Source of the DNA: Phascolarctobacterium sp.
GTDB lineage: Bacteria > Bacillota > Negativicutes > Acidaminococcales > Acidaminococcaceae
DNA length: 37,070 nt
Assembly (NCBI GenBank): GCA_019417125.1
Contig: DXVZ01000113.1
Location: 518 to 37,587, forward strand
Direction: 5' to 3'
The notes beneath the pieces are model-generated. The model ran no database searches and had not been told where the DNA came from. It was given only the letters and a program-made list of their open reading frames with translations. A program made the translations under genes and the position numbers. This document shows positions 1 to 9,947 of this stretch, piece by piece. Within the stretch, counting starts at the first letter, position 1; each line of letters begins with the position of its first letter.

Positions 1-190
1 TGCCAAAGTAATAATAGCCAAGCTCAATGCTTGATAAAAAACTTAGCCCCAAAAGCACTACCTGGGCATTTTCAATAACTCCGTTTTCCCAGCCTGCCTG
101 CGGCGGCAAAACCTGCGCCAGAGGAAAAACAAGCAGCAGCAAAATAATACTGAAATAATTTCTTGGCGTTAATTGTTTATTAAACTTCAA
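1..190 (-). CDS. Hypothetical membrane protein, N-terminal part (runs off window start)
   Basis: Manual translation from TTG at 190 with an AAGGAG RBS upstream gives MKFNKQLTPRNYFSIILLLLVFPLAQVLPPQAGWENGVIENAQVVLLGLSFLSSIELGYYYFG; open to the window edge, with hydrophobic segments. Confidence 0.7.
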   Translation of the reverse strand, partial: MKFNKQLTPRNYFSIILLLLVFPLAQVLPPQAGWENGVIENAQVVLLGLSFLSSIELGYYYFG

Positions 191-269
191 ACCGTTCTCC
201 TTTAAAAATTCAAATAAAATTCAGATTTATATATTATAACTGACTTTGCAGTCATTAGCAATAAAAAAT

Positions 270-321
270 AAACTCATATACAGCTGTTTTACTTATTATT
301 TAAACAGCTGTATATGAGTTT
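270..321. terminator. Long stem-loop, probable terminator of the oxidoreductase-symporter operon
   Basis: Perfect 20-bp inverted repeat aaactcatatacagctgttt / aaacagctgtatatgagttt with a 12-nt loop; A-run to the left gives a U-tract on the minus strand. Confidence 0.75.
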
Positions 322-344
322 CGCTTTTAGAAATTAGCTTTTTA

Positions 345-1748
345 TCAATCTTTCCAAACTTCTACGCCAGATTTATTTTCCAGCACTGAAGCCTTAAAAA
401 CAGGGTCTTTAATTCCGGCTTTTTTCTGCGCCAAGTAATCTTTTAATGCCAGGTATGCGTTAGGAGCCAGCCTGCTGATAGCAATAAGATTCGTAATAGC
501 CATCAGCGCCATAAACAGGTCCGCCAGGTTCCATACCAGGCTTACTTTGGCAACGGAGCCGAACATAACCATCAGCACAACAAAAACACGGAAAATATTC
601 AGCGCTTTTTTGCTCTGCCACATAAAGGCGATGTTAATTTCGCCATAATAATAGTTGCCTATAATGGAGCTGAAAGCAAAGAGGAAAATCATAACCGCCA
701 GAAAGATGGAAGCCCAGCCGCCGATGTGCTCTACCAGCGCGTACTGCACCAGCTCAATGCCGCTTAAACCAACGCCCATATAATCTTTGGAGAGCATAAC
801 AATAAACGCCGATGCTGTGCAGACCAGCAGCGTATCTACAAATACGCCCAGCGCCTGAATTAAGCCCTGCGTAACGGGGTGAGTAGTAGTAGCCGTTGCC
901 GCAGCATTAGGCACGGAACCCATGCCTGCTTCGTTAGAGAACAAACCGCGTTTAATACCCGTCATCATAGCAAGGCCCATGCCGCCGCCAAAAGCAGCGT
1001 TAAGGCTAAAGGCTGAAGTCACAATATCATAAATAACCTGCGGCATTAAGCCGATATTTTTAATAACAACGTAAAAAGCAATCAGCAGGTAAATACCAGC
1101 CATTACAGGTACCATCCATTCGGAAACTTTGGCAATACGGTTGATACCGCCGAAAATAACCATTGCCGTCATAACAGAAATAAGTATGCCTACGGCAGTC
1201 CTGTCAAAACCAAAAGCTCCCTGTAAAGACAACGTAATAGTATTTGCCTGTACAGAGTTAAAAATTAAGCCGTAAGTGCTGCAAATTAAAATTACAAACA
1301 GCACCGCCATAAATTTATTGTGCAGCGCATTTTTAATATAATATGCAGGGCCGCCGCGGTAGCCGCCTTCGGCGCGAGGAACCTTATAAATCTGCGCCAG
1401 CGTGCTTTCTACAAAGCCAGTTGCCGAACCAATCAGCGCCATAACCCACATCCAGAAAATCGCGCCCGGCCCGCCAACGATAATGGCAATGGCAATGCCT
1501 GCAATATTGCCGACGCCGACGCGGGACGCCGTGCTGATGCAGAATGCCTGAAATGGGGAAATATGGTTCTTTTCGGTAGAAGCGCCGACGTTGCTGCACA
1601 ACAGGCGCACCATTTCTTTAATACAGCGGATTTGCACAAAGCCGGTTCTAAAAGTAAACCAAATACCAAGACCGACTAAAAGTACAATTAAAACATAAGC
1701 GTACAACACATCGTTAACGGCAAGAACTAAATTATCAAGAAAGTCCAC
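345..1748 (-). CDS. Alanine/glycine:cation symporter (AGCS/AlsT family)
   Basis: Motifs RVGVGNIAGIAIAIIVGGPGAIFWMW, GGPAYYI, GIKRGLFSNEAGMGS; multiple TM segments; GTG start with AGGGGTG RBS. Confidence 0.93.
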   Translation of the reverse strand: MDFLDNLVLAVNDVLYAYVLIVLLVGLGIWFTFRTGFVQIRCIKEMVRLLCSNVGASTEKNHISPFQAFCISTASRVGVGNIAGIAIAIIVGGPGAIFWMWVMALIGSATGFVESTLAQIYKVPRAEGGYRGGPAYYIKNALHNKFMAVLFVILICSTYGLIFNSVQANTITLSLQGAFGFDRTAVGILISVMTAMVIFGGINRIAKVSEWMVPVMAGIYLLIAFYVVIKNIGLMPQVIYDIVTSAFSLNAAFGGGMGLAMMTGIKRGLFSNEAGMGSVPNAAATATTTHPVTQGLIQALGVFVDTLLVCTASAFIVMLSKDYMGVGLSGIELVQYALVEHIGGWASIFLAVMIFLFAFSSIIGNYYYGEINIAFMWQSKKALNIFRVFVVLMVMFGSVAKVSLVWNLADLFMALMAITNLIAISRLAPNAYLALKDYLAQKKAGIKDPVFKASVLENKSGVEVWKD

Positions 1749-1774
1749 TAATGAGGCACCCCTTTAAAAATTTT

Positions 1775-2137
1775 TTACAGCATATCGCGGCTGGCAACAA
1801 TGTTTACACCAAGCCCCAAAATATTTTCAACAATTACGTCGCCCGTTTTAACCGGCGCTTTAACGGAAACTCCGCGCAGGTAAGCGGCGCAGTCCAAAAT
1901 TTTTTCCTTGGGCAGCACAGTTTCGGAAACAACCGGCAAAAGCGGCAGCATACCGCCTTCAATATGCACAGTAGTGGTCAACATTCTTTTAGGAGCGGTA
2001 ACTTCGTCATTGGCATATTTGGCGCCGCGCGGGCAGGTATTGCCCTTTACGTCAATTACCTTTCCGTTTTCAACAGTAACCGTCATTTCGCAGCCCATCG
2101 GGCACATAATGCAGTTCATAACTCTTGTTTCAGCCAT
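1775..2137 (-). CDS. DUF1667 family CxxC protein
   Basis: CIMCPMGC...GNTCPRG...PKRMLTTTV...APVKTGDVIVENILG; typical third gene of this oxidoreductase trio. Confidence 0.88.
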   Translation of the reverse strand: MAETRVMNCIMCPMGCEMTVTVENGKVIDVKGNTCPRGAKYANDEVTAPKRMLTTTVHIEGGMLPLLPVVSETVLPKEKILDCAAYLRGVSVKAPVKTGDVIVENILGLGVNIVASRDML

Positions 2138-2142
2138 CTGCC

Positions 2143-3408
2143 TTATGCCTCCTTCTCCAAAAATACAGTCAGTTTATCGCTAATAAGCTCAGTTTTAGCA
2201 GCGGGAATATCCACGGCAATCATTTCGCTCGGTTTGGCAACGGGCAGCATTCTTTGCAAAATTACGTTATCGCCGCTTTTAACCACCAATTTAACCTTGC
2301 GTTCCGGGCTGGCAACGCGCATAAACAAGCGTACCTGTTCACCTGCTTTAGGCAGATTTAAGCACTGCGGCACGCAGGTACGCACGCCGTTTTCTGCAGT
2401 TACAGTAACAAATTTAGTATCACTATCCAATTTTCCCTGCGCTTCGAGAGCAGCAAATTTACCGGCAATCTCCGCTTCTTCTGATACAAAGTCCACCAAA
2501 TCGTGTACATGCACAACGTTGCCTGCAGCGTAAAAACCTGGCAGGCTGGTCTGACGGTGCTGGTCTACCACAGGGCCGTTCGTCAGCGGGTGCATTTTTA
2601 AATCCAGCCCGCGGCTGAGTTCGTTTTCCGGAATTAAACCGACGGAAAGCAGCACGGTATCACAGTCAATGTCAAATTCTGTACCCGGAATCGGGCGCAT
2701 TTTTTCATCAACTTTGGCAACGGTAATGCCGTTGACGCGGTCTTTGCCGTGAATTTGTACAATAGTATGCGAAAGGTACAGCGGAATATTATAATCGTTT
2801 AAGCACTGTACGATATTACGTGTTAAACCGTTGGAGAACGGGCAGATTTCCAGCACTGCCTGTACTTTGCAGCCTTCCAGGCTCATGCGGCGTGCCATAA
2901 TCAAGCCGATATCGCCGCTGCCCAAAATTACAATTTTGTGGCCGGGAATATAACCTTCCATGTTAACCATGCGCTGTGCCGCACCGGCGGTAAACACACC
3001 TGCGGGGCGTTCGCCCGGAATGCGGATAGCGCCGCGGGTACGTTCACGGCAGCCCATAGTTAAAATAACAGTTTTGCCTTTAACTTTAATCAAACCATGT
3101 TCGGGGCTGACGGCAACGACGGTTTTATCTTTTTCCACACTTAAAACCATCGTATCAGTCAGGCACTCAATCTCTGGCTTATCTTTAACAAGTTCAATGC
3201 AGCGGTGGGCATAGCCTGGGCCGGTCAATTCCTCTTTAAAATGGTGCAGGCCAAAACCGTTATGGATGCACTGTTGCAAAATGCCGCCCAGTTCGCGGTC
3301 ACGTTCAATAACAAGCACGCTTTCAGCACCGTTCTGCCACGCGCTGTAAGCAGCCGAAAGCCCGGCAGGACCGCCGCCGACAATTACTATATCATAAAGC
3401 TCTTTCAT
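2143..3408 (-). CDS. NAD(P)/FAD-dependent oxidoreductase (pyridine nucleotide-disulfide family)
   Basis: VGGGPAGLSAA Rossmann motif, GGILQQCIHNGFG, second motif ILGSGDIGL, QTSLPGFYAAGN. Confidence 0.9.
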   Translation of the reverse strand: MKELYDIVIVGGGPAGLSAAYSAWQNGAESVLVIERDRELGGILQQCIHNGFGLHHFKEELTGPGYAHRCIELVKDKPEIECLTDTMVLSVEKDKTVVAVSPEHGLIKVKGKTVILTMGCRERTRGAIRIPGERPAGVFTAGAAQRMVNMEGYIPGHKIVILGSGDIGLIMARRMSLEGCKVQAVLEICPFSNGLTRNIVQCLNDYNIPLYLSHTIVQIHGKDRVNGITVAKVDEKMRPIPGTEFDIDCDTVLLSVGLIPENELSRGLDLKMHPLTNGPVVDQHRQTSLPGFYAAGNVVHVHDLVDFVSEEAEIAGKFAALEAQGKLDSDTKFVTVTAENGVRTCVPQCLNLPKAGEQVRLFMRVASPERKVKLVVKSGDNVILQRMLPVAKPSEMIAVDIPAAKTELISDKLTVFLEKEA

Positions 3409-4868
3409 TATTCCTGCCCGCCTTTCACGTCATTCTTTTCGTAATATAAATGGGAATCCTTGCGTTCTTTAAGCACATCTGCTACGGAAATGCCCAGCTC
3501 ACGCGCCAAAATCTGCGTTACGCGCGGCCCGCAGAAGCCGCCCTGGCAGCGTCCCATACCGGCGCGTGTACGGCGTTTAACGGCATCAACCGTAGTTGCG
3601 CCGCAAGGCGCTTTAATAGCGCTAACGATTTCACCCTCCGTAACGGTTTCGCAGCGGCAAATAACGCGCCCAAAAAGCGGGTCTTTGGCAATAACGTCGT
3701 GCTTTTCGCTGTCGCTTAAGCGTGTAAAATGAATCTGCTTCGGCAATGCTGCTTTAAAATCAGCCTTTTTATTTAACGGCATAAACCTGCCAACTGCTTC
3801 AGCAATTTCTTCCGCCACGGCAGGCGCGGCGGTTAAGCCCGGCGACTGCATACCGGCAGCGTTAAACAGGCCTTCAACCTTAGAAGCGCCAATAATAAAA
3901 TCGCCCGTATCCGAAACGGCGCGCAAACCGGCAAACTCTGTAATGGCAGCGCCCATCGGCAGATTCGGTATCAGCTTGCGGGCAGAAGCGATAATCTGGT
4001 CCATACCGCCAGCGGTAACGGAAGTATCTTCCTTATCTTCCTTATCGTTGGCGTTCGGGCCGATAAAGGTATTGCCGTGCGTAGTAGTGCAAACTAAAAT
4101 ACCCTTGCTGTTTTTAGCAGGTGTTGGGAACACAACGCCGTACACCAAATCGTTGTAGGCAGTTTTATCAAACAAAATATATTCGCCCTTGCGCGGATGG
4201 ATTTTAAAGCTGTCATCACCGGCAAGGTAAGCGATTTCATCGGCATAAACACCAGCAGCGTTAATCACGCATTTGGTTTTAATAGCGCCGATATTGGTTT
4301 CAACAGCGGTTATTTTGCCGTCCTCTTTAACAAAACCGGTTACGCGGCAGTTACGCATAACTTCCGCACCATTCTGCATTGCGCACTGGGCAAAACGCAG
4401 CGCCGCCTCAAACGGCCAGCAAACACCGGCGCTCGGAGCCCACAAAGCGGCAATGGCAGTAGTAAGGTTAGGTTCTTTAGCCAAAACTTCGTCACGGCTT
4501 AAAATTTCTAAACCTTGTACGCCGTTATTTTTACCGCGTTCCAAAAGTTCTTTTAAAGTTTCAACTTCTTCATCATTGGTGGCAACAACCAATGAACCGG
4601 TCCATTTAATATCAAGGTCCAGCTCATCCTCCAGCTGATGGTACAAACGGTTGCCTAAAACATTGGTAATAGCCTTCATGCTGCCGGTAGGCGCGTCAAA
4701 ACCTGCGTGCAGAATAGCACTGTTGGCTTTAGTAGTGCCGCAGGCAATGTCCGGCTCTTTTTCCAAAAGCACGCATTTTACATCATACTTGGAAAGTTCG
4801 CGTAAAATAGCGCAGCCGACAACGCCGCCGCCGACAACAACGATATCCGCCTCTTTAATAAAATCCAT
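3408..4868 (-). CDS. FAD-dependent oxidoreductase (GlpA/LhgO-like) with C-terminal BFD-like [2Fe-2S] domain
   Basis: VGGGVVG, GTTKANSAILHAG, GMQSPGLTAAPA, ICRCETVTEGEI and RAGMGRCQGGFC. Confidence 0.9.
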   Translation of the reverse strand: MDFIKEADIVVVGGGVVGCAILRELSKYDVKCVLLEKEPDIACGTTKANSAILHAGFDAPTGSMKAITNVLGNRLYHQLEDELDLDIKWTGSLVVATNDEEVETLKELLERGKNNGVQGLEILSRDEVLAKEPNLTTAIAALWAPSAGVCWPFEAALRFAQCAMQNGAEVMRNCRVTGFVKEDGKITAVETNIGAIKTKCVINAAGVYADEIAYLAGDDSFKIHPRKGEYILFDKTAYNDLVYGVVFPTPAKNSKGILVCTTTHGNTFIGPNANDKEDKEDTSVTAGGMDQIIASARKLIPNLPMGAAITEFAGLRAVSDTGDFIIGASKVEGLFNAAGMQSPGLTAAPAVAEEIAEAVGRFMPLNKKADFKAALPKQIHFTRLSDSEKHDVIAKDPLFGRVICRCETVTEGEIVSAIKAPCGATTVDAVKRRTRAGMGRCQGGFCGPRVTQILARELGISVADVLKERKDSHLYYEKNDVKGGQE

Positions 4869-5000
4869 TTCGTCACATCCTAAACTGATTTCTTAATATG
4901 TATTTAAGGTAATTTTAACACATTTGTTACAAAATTAGAACAAGCAGGCTTTTATTTTCAGAAAAATTTGAACCGCCAGAGCCGTTTAAATTTTTTTAAT

Positions 5001-5029
5001 TTGACACTATCATTGCGGTATTTTAAAAT
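5001..5029 (+). promoter_or_regulatory. Sigma70/SigA promoter of the 5054 ORF
   Basis: TTGACA (5001-5006), 17-nt spacer, TAAAAT (5024-5029). Confidence 0.7.
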
Positions 5030-5053
5030 TAAAGTAAGAAAGAAGGTGTACCT

Positions 5054-5632
5054 ATGAAAAAACTCCTTTTACTTTTAACAATCAGCCTGTGCTTTTATAG
5101 TGCCGCTTTTGCAGAAGAGCCGGCAGAAACCGCTGCCGCTAACCAGCCGCCTGCCGTAGCAGAGCAACAGCAAAGCGATAACGAAACGGACGATGTAAAA
5201 GTTTTGCTTAATAAAGAACAGCTGCAGCAGGAGCTTGAAGCTGGCATTAACAACAAATGCTATTTAGAGCTTGAAGACAGCAAATACATCGCCTACGAAA
5301 TTGATATTAAAAAAGATAATACGCGCCGCGACCTTTTTAAAAAATCGCCTGCCGAACGTGTTAACCATTTAGCTACCAACAACGAAGAAATTTACGATTA
5401 CCTTGTTAAATTTATTCAAAGCCGCGAAAAATCTGGCCGTAAATATTACGGTTACCGCATCACAGGCGGCATTGAAGAAAACACTGCCACCGAAAACGGC
5501 ACCACCGTTTACAAGTTTTGGTTTATGAAGCTGGATGAAGACGTCGATAACGGCATGCACATTCCTATCGGCATCGGTATTGGCATTGGCGGAGGCCATC
5601 ACCACGGCCCATGGGTTGGCGTAGGCTGGTAA
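5054..5632 (+). CDS. Hypothetical exported protein
   Basis: Sec signal peptide MKKLLLLLTISLCFYSAAFA|EE; AAGGTG RBS; C-terminal GIGIGIGGGHHHGPWVGVGW. Confidence 0.8.
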   Translation: MKKLLLLLTISLCFYSAAFAEEPAETAAANQPPAVAEQQQSDNETDDVKVLLNKEQLQQELEAGINNKCYLELEDSKYIAYEIDIKKDNTRRDLFKKSPAERVNHLATNNEEIYDYLVKFIQSREKSGRKYYGYRITGGIEENTATENGTTVYKFWFMKLDEDVDNGMHIPIGIGIGIGGGHHHGPWVGVGW

Positions 5633-5647
5633 AATTTAAAATTGAGT

Positions 5648-5690
5648 ATAAAAATCCGCATTGAAATTATTTCAATGCGGATTTTTATTT
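5648..5690. terminator. Bidirectional intrinsic terminator between the 5054 ORF and gyrA
   Basis: 20-bp inverted repeat ataaaaatccgcattgaaat / atttcaatgcggatttttat between convergent genes. Confidence 0.85.
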
Positions 5691-5691
5691 T

Positions 5692-8133
5692 TTATTCATT
5701 GTCCTGCTGTACAGCAGCCAGCGATACTACTTTATCGCCTTCGTTCAACGTCATCAGTTTAACTCCTTGCGCGTTACGCCCAAACTGGCTAATGCCTTCG
5801 CCGTCGATGCGGATAATAATGCCCGCCGCGGTAATCAGCAAAATTTCCTGTTCAGGGTTAATAACCTTCATACCAACAACTGCGCCGGTTTTTTCGGTTA
5901 CTTTAATATTAATAACACCCTTGCCGCCGCGGGTTTGTTTACGGTATTCGCTTACTGCAGTGCGCTTGCCAAGCCCTTCTTCGGTAGCGGTTAAAATTTC
6001 TTCGTTTTCATTGGTAACGCTGTCCATAGCTACAACTTCATCGTCAAAGCCCAGCTGAATTCCGCGTACGCCATGTGCAGTGCGTCCCATTGGGCGTACG
6101 TCCTGCTCGTCAAAGCGGATAGCGAGGCCTCTTCGTGTAGCCAGTACAATCTCGCTGTTGCCGTCGGTCAGTTCAACGCCGATAAGTTCTTCTTTATCAT
6201 CCAAAGTCATGGCAATCAAGCCAGCCTTACGCGCGCTGTTAAAATCGTTCAGGTTCGTCTTTTTAACAGTGCCCTTGTTTGTTGCCATAAACATAAACTG
6301 GTCTTCTTTAAATTCTTTTACCGGAATAACGGCAGTTATCTTTTCACCCTGTTCAATCGGCAGCAAGTTAATAATTGCCGTTCCTTTGGCAGTCCTGCCG
6401 GCTTCAGGAATTTCGTAGCCTTTCTGGCGGTAAACCCTGCCCTTGCTGGTAAAGAACAAAATATTATGGTGCGTGGTTGAAAGGAATAAATGCTCGGCGC
6501 AATCGTCATTCTTTTTGCCGCTGCCGCCAGTTTTACCCACGCCGCCGCGCTTCTGGCTGCGGAAATTATCCAGAGTCTGGCGTTTAATATAGCCCTGGTG
6601 GCTGATAGTAATAACAATATCTTCTTCGGCAATCAAATCTTCAATATCCATTGCGGAAGAATCGAACGAAAGCTCGGTACGGCGCGCGTCGCCAAACTTT
6701 TTCTTCATCTCCAGCAAATCTTCTTTAATAATGCCTAAAACTTTATGTTCATCTGCCAAAACGCTCTCCAGCCAGTCAATCGTTTCCAATACATCGATGT
6801 ATTCATCGTCAATCTTTTTGCGTTCCAAACCGGTCAGCCTCTGCAGGCGCATATCCAAAATTGCCTGTGCCTGCCTTTGGCTAAGGCTAAACTTATCCAT
6901 CAACGCCGTTTTGGCAATATCAGCGTTAGCGCTGCTGCGGATAGTGCTGATAACCTCGTCTAAATGGTCGAGCGCAATTTTTAAGCCCTCTAAAATGTGG
7001 GCACGTTCTTTAGCTTTGCCAAGTTCGTACTTGGTGCGGCGGGTAATAACGTCTTTTTGATGTTCCAGATAATAATTTAAAATCTGTTTTAAATTGAGAA
7101 TACGCGGATGCCCGTTGACAAGCGCCAGCATAATAATGCCGAAACTGGTTTGCAGCTGCGTATGCTTATAAAGCTGGTTCAGCACAACGTCAGGTACCGC
7201 GTCGCTTTTCAGCTCAATAACCACGCGCATGCCGCGGCGGTCAGATTCGTCGCGCAAATCAGTAATACCTTCGATAACGCCGTCTTTAACAAGTTGGGCA
7301 ATACCTTCAATCAATCTTGCCTTATTAACCTGATACGGAATTTCGGTAACGACGATGCGGTGCTTGCCCTTGTTCATAGGTTCAATTTCGGCGCGCGCGC
7401 GGATTTTTACAATACCGCGCCCCGTACTGTAAGCATTTTTAATGCCTTCAGTACCCAAAATTATCGCGCCGGTTGGAAAATCCGGCCCTTTAATCGCCGT
7501 AATCAGCTGCGGAATTTCCACATCCGGATTATCAATCAGCATTACCAGCCCGTCCACAACTTCGCCAAGATTATGCGGAGGAATATTGGTTGCCATGCCT
7601 ACGGCAATACCAGCGCTGCCGTTAATTAATAGTGCAGGCACTTTTGCAGGCAGTACGCTCGGCTCTTTTAAGGATTCGTCATAGTTCGGCACAAAATCTA
7701 CCGTTTCTTTTTCAATATCTTCCAGCATCGTTTCAGCAATTTTGGTCATACGAACTTCCGTATAACGCATTGCCGCCGCGCTGTCGCCGTCCACGCTGCC
7801 GAAGTTGCCGTGACCGTCTACCATTAAGTAACGGGTAGAAAAATCCTGTGCTAAACGCACAATAGCGTCATAAACAGCCGTATCACCGTGAGGATGATAT
7901 TTACCTAAAACTTCACCAACGATACGGGCAGATTTTTTATACGGTTTATTGGAAGCCATGCCTGCTTCCTGCATAGCATAAAGAATTCTCCTGTGTACCG
8001 GTTTTAAACCGTCGCGCACGTCTGGCAGCGCCCTTTGCACAATAACGCTCATTGCATAATCGATATACGATTTCTGCATTTCTTCTTCAATATAAACCGG
8101 TAAAACCTTACCTGTTCCAGTTTCTAAATCCAC
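5692..8133 (-). CDS. gyrA: DNA gyrase subunit A
   Basis: [22 protein letters not shown], catalytic AAMRYTE, GyrA-box QKRGGVG, C-terminal pinwheel repeats. Confidence 0.98.
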   Translation of the reverse strand: MDLETGTGKVLPVYIEEEMQKSYIDYAMSVIVQRALPDVRDGLKPVHRRILYAMQEAGMASNKPYKKSARIVGEVLGKYHPHGDTAVYDAIVRLAQDFSTRYLMVDGHGNFGSVDGDSAAAMRYTEVRMTKIAETMLEDIEKETVDFVPNYDESLKEPSVLPAKVPALLINGSAGIAVGMATNIPPHNLGEVVDGLVMLIDNPDVEIPQLITAIKGPDFPTGAIILGTEGIKNAYSTGRGIVKIRARAEIEPMNKGKHRIVVTEIPYQVNKARLIEGIAQLVKDGVIEGITDLRDESDRRGMRVVIELKSDAVPDVVLNQLYKHTQLQTSFGIIMLALVNGHPRILNLKQILNYYLEHQKDVITRRTKYELGKAKERAHILEGLKIALDHLDEVISTIRSSANADIAKTALMDKFSLSQRQAQAILDMRLQRLTGLERKKIDDEYIDVLETIDWLESVLADEHKVLGIIKEDLLEMKKKFGDARRTELSFDSSAMDIEDLIAEEDIVITISHQGYIKRQTLDNFRSQKRGGVGKTGGSGKKNDDCAEHLFLSTTHHNILFFTSKGRVYRQKGYEIPEAGRTAKGTAIINLLPIEQGEKITAVIPVKEFKEDQFMFMATNKGTVKKTNLNDFNSARKAGLIAMTLDDKEELIGVELTDGNSEIVLATRRGLAIRFDEQDVRPMGRTAHGVRGIQLGFDDEVVAMDSVTNENEEILTATEEGLGKRTAVSEYRKQTRGGKGVINIKVTEKTGAVVGMKVINPEQEILLITAAGIIIRIDGEGISQFGRNAQGVKLMTLNEGDKVVSLAAVQQDNE

Positions 8134-8149
8134 GATATCACCTCAACCC

Positions 8150-8917
8150 TTACTTAAAGAAAATGTCATATATCTGTTTGCCTATTAAAAGCGTAGTTAC
8201 CGTCAAAAACAATGGCCTTACATAAGCTGCGCCGTGTTTAATTGCCATTTTGGTACCAAAATAAGCGCCCACAATCATGCTTACGCCCATAATAATGCCG
8301 TAAACCCACACTACGGAGCCATTAAAAATAAATGTTGCCAGCCCCGCCAAATTGCTGGCCGTATTAAGCGCTTTGCCGTTACCGGCGGCGGTAACAAAAT
8401 CGCATCCCAAAAATAAAAAACCAAAAATTAAAAACGTACCAGTACCAGGACCAAAAAAACCGTCGTAAAAGCCCATTGCCAGCGCCATTAAAAAAGCACC
8501 GGCAACAGCCCAAAAATTCATTTCCGTCCTGCTGCTGAAACTGCCCCATTCCTTATGACGGTAAGTATAAACGGCAATCAGCACCAGCATAATTACCACA
8601 AGATTGCGCATAAATTCCTGCGGCAGCAAATGAACCGTATAAGCGCCGCAGACGGAACCAATTGCCGACATAGGCACCAGCGATATAATCAGCTTTTTAT
8701 TAATATTGCCGGAGCGCCAAAAAGAAATGACGCTGGTAACGGCGCCCATACTGGAAGCCAGTTTGTTAGTGCCCAGCACCATATTAACGGGCAGCCCAGA
8801 CGTGAGCAGCGCCGGTACTGAAATCAACCCGCCGCCGCCGACTGTAGAATCAATAAAAGCAGCTACAAAACCGGTTACCACAAACAATATTATATTTATT
8901 AAATCAAGATTTTCCAT
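8150..8917 (-). CDS. TSUP (TauE/SafE) family transporter
   Basis: GGGGLISVPAL, GTNKLAS, GFYDGFFGPGTGTFL; multi-TM. Confidence 0.9.
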   Translation of the reverse strand: MENLDLINIILFVVTGFVAAFIDSTVGGGGLISVPALLTSGLPVNMVLGTNKLASSMGAVTSVISFWRSGNINKKLIISLVPMSAIGSVCGAYTVHLLPQEFMRNLVVIMLVLIAVYTYRHKEWGSFSSRTEMNFWAVAGAFLMALAMGFYDGFFGPGTGTFLIFGFLFLGCDFVTAAGNGKALNTASNLAGLATFIFNGSVVWVYGIIMGVSMIVGAYFGTKMAIKHGAAYVRPLFLTVTTLLIGKQIYDIFFK

Positions 8918-8934
8918 ATTTTTATTGTTATCCT

Positions 8935-9648
8935 TTACAGCAATTCTTTACCAGCAGTTTTTAAATAAAAACCAATGCAGCCGTCGTGGCAGGCTGCTGT
9001 TACTTTAGCATCAGTAATTTCGTTGCTTACCGCGTAAGGGCGGCTAAGCAAAAGCTCCGTATTATCCAACGGCCAGCGCGTACCGGTTAAACTTACGCGG
9101 CTGTCTGCCAGCGGCAGCAGCGAAAGCGCCGTAAAACTTATAATTGGCATAAATTCCAAACTTTCTCCTGGCGTAAGTAAAATCATTATTTCCGTTTCGT
9201 CAGCCATTATTACTGCTGCGCCAGTATTTTTTTTATAAGCATACAGGCTGAACACATTGCTGTATAAATGGTCAAACCTGCCGCCCCAAATACCGGTTAT
9301 AAGCAGATTCTTATCCTGCGGCAGGTTTTGCAGCAGCAGTTGTAAATCTGTATCGTCCTTAGCCGGATTGAATAAAAGCGTTTTTATTTTTTCATCGCGC
9401 GCCTGCCGTAAATAATAGGTACCGGCGCTGTCGGCGTCGCCGCATAAAAGCTGCGGCTTTATTCCTGCGTCAAGGCAAATCTCCACGCCGCGGTCGGCAC
9501 AATAAACCTGCTTTCCAAGCGCCGCCTGTTTAAACCAGTTCAGCTCAGGTTTTCTTCCTCCGGCAGCGGCAACAATAAAATCATTACCGCCATTTTTTAA
9601 ATTTTTAAACGTAAATTTTCCCTGCTGTAAGCTTAAACTAATCTCCAT
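8935..9648 (-). CDS. thiN: Thiamine diphosphokinase
   Basis: CADRG, GDADS, KDDTDLQL, GGRFDH, WPL...AVSNE. Confidence 0.9.
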   Translation of the reverse strand: MEISLSLQQGKFTFKNLKNGGNDFIVAAAGGRKPELNWFKQAALGKQVYCADRGVEICLDAGIKPQLLCGDADSAGTYYLRQARDEKIKTLLFNPAKDDTDLQLLLQNLPQDKNLLITGIWGGRFDHLYSNVFSLYAYKKNTGAAVIMADETEIMILLTPGESLEFMPIISFTALSLLPLADSRVSLTGTRWPLDNTELLLSRPYAVSNEITDAKVTAACHDGCIGFYLKTAGKELL

Positions 9649-9947
9649 CAGGATTTCTTTTTAGCAGCGGCAGGTTTAATAATAATCTGCCCGTTCTCTT
9701 TATAAACTTTCCAATCGGCTTCGCCTCTGGTATTTTTTAACCATTCCATGCTGATTTCCAAAAGATAACGGTTTAATTTATCCAGCGCTTCGCCAGTCAG
9801 CAAAACTTCACTGCCTTCAGCCTTTTTAGTTATTTTTAATTTTTTATTTTTTACAGGTTCATCGCCGTAAATGGCATTTTCAAAGCTTACTTCTTCCTTA
9901 TAGCCCTTTAACATATCTTCGTCGGACAAATTTTTTCTGATTTTCAT
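9648..9947 (-). CDS. Small hypothetical protein directly after gyrB
   Basis: Fills the gyrB-thiN gap; AGGTG RBS before ATG at 9947 (track start GTG 9956); TGA overlaps the thiN ATG. Confidence 0.75.
   Translation of the reverse strand: MKIRKNLSDEDMLKGYKEEVSFENAIYGDEPVKNKKLKITKKAEGSEVLLTGEALDKLNRYLLEISMEWLKNTRGEADWKVYKENGQIIIKPAAAKKKS

Noticed and set aside
1751..2533. 260-aa plus-strand ORF and the many other antisense or alternate-frame ORFs in the track (e.g. 7108-7629, 21300-21947, 32982-33539)
   Set aside because: They are shadows of well-supported genes on the opposite strand or frame, with no RBS or recognisable motifs
4923..4933. TTTGT-T-ACAAA palindrome in the oxidoreductase promoter region (similar TTGTACAA near 37032)
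   Set aside because: Too short, and it does not match a specific consensus such as Rex well enough to call
6505..6560. GGVGKT in GyrA resembling a Walker A motif
   Set aside because: It is the tail of the GyrA-box (QKRGGVG) in the C-terminal pinwheel; coincidental
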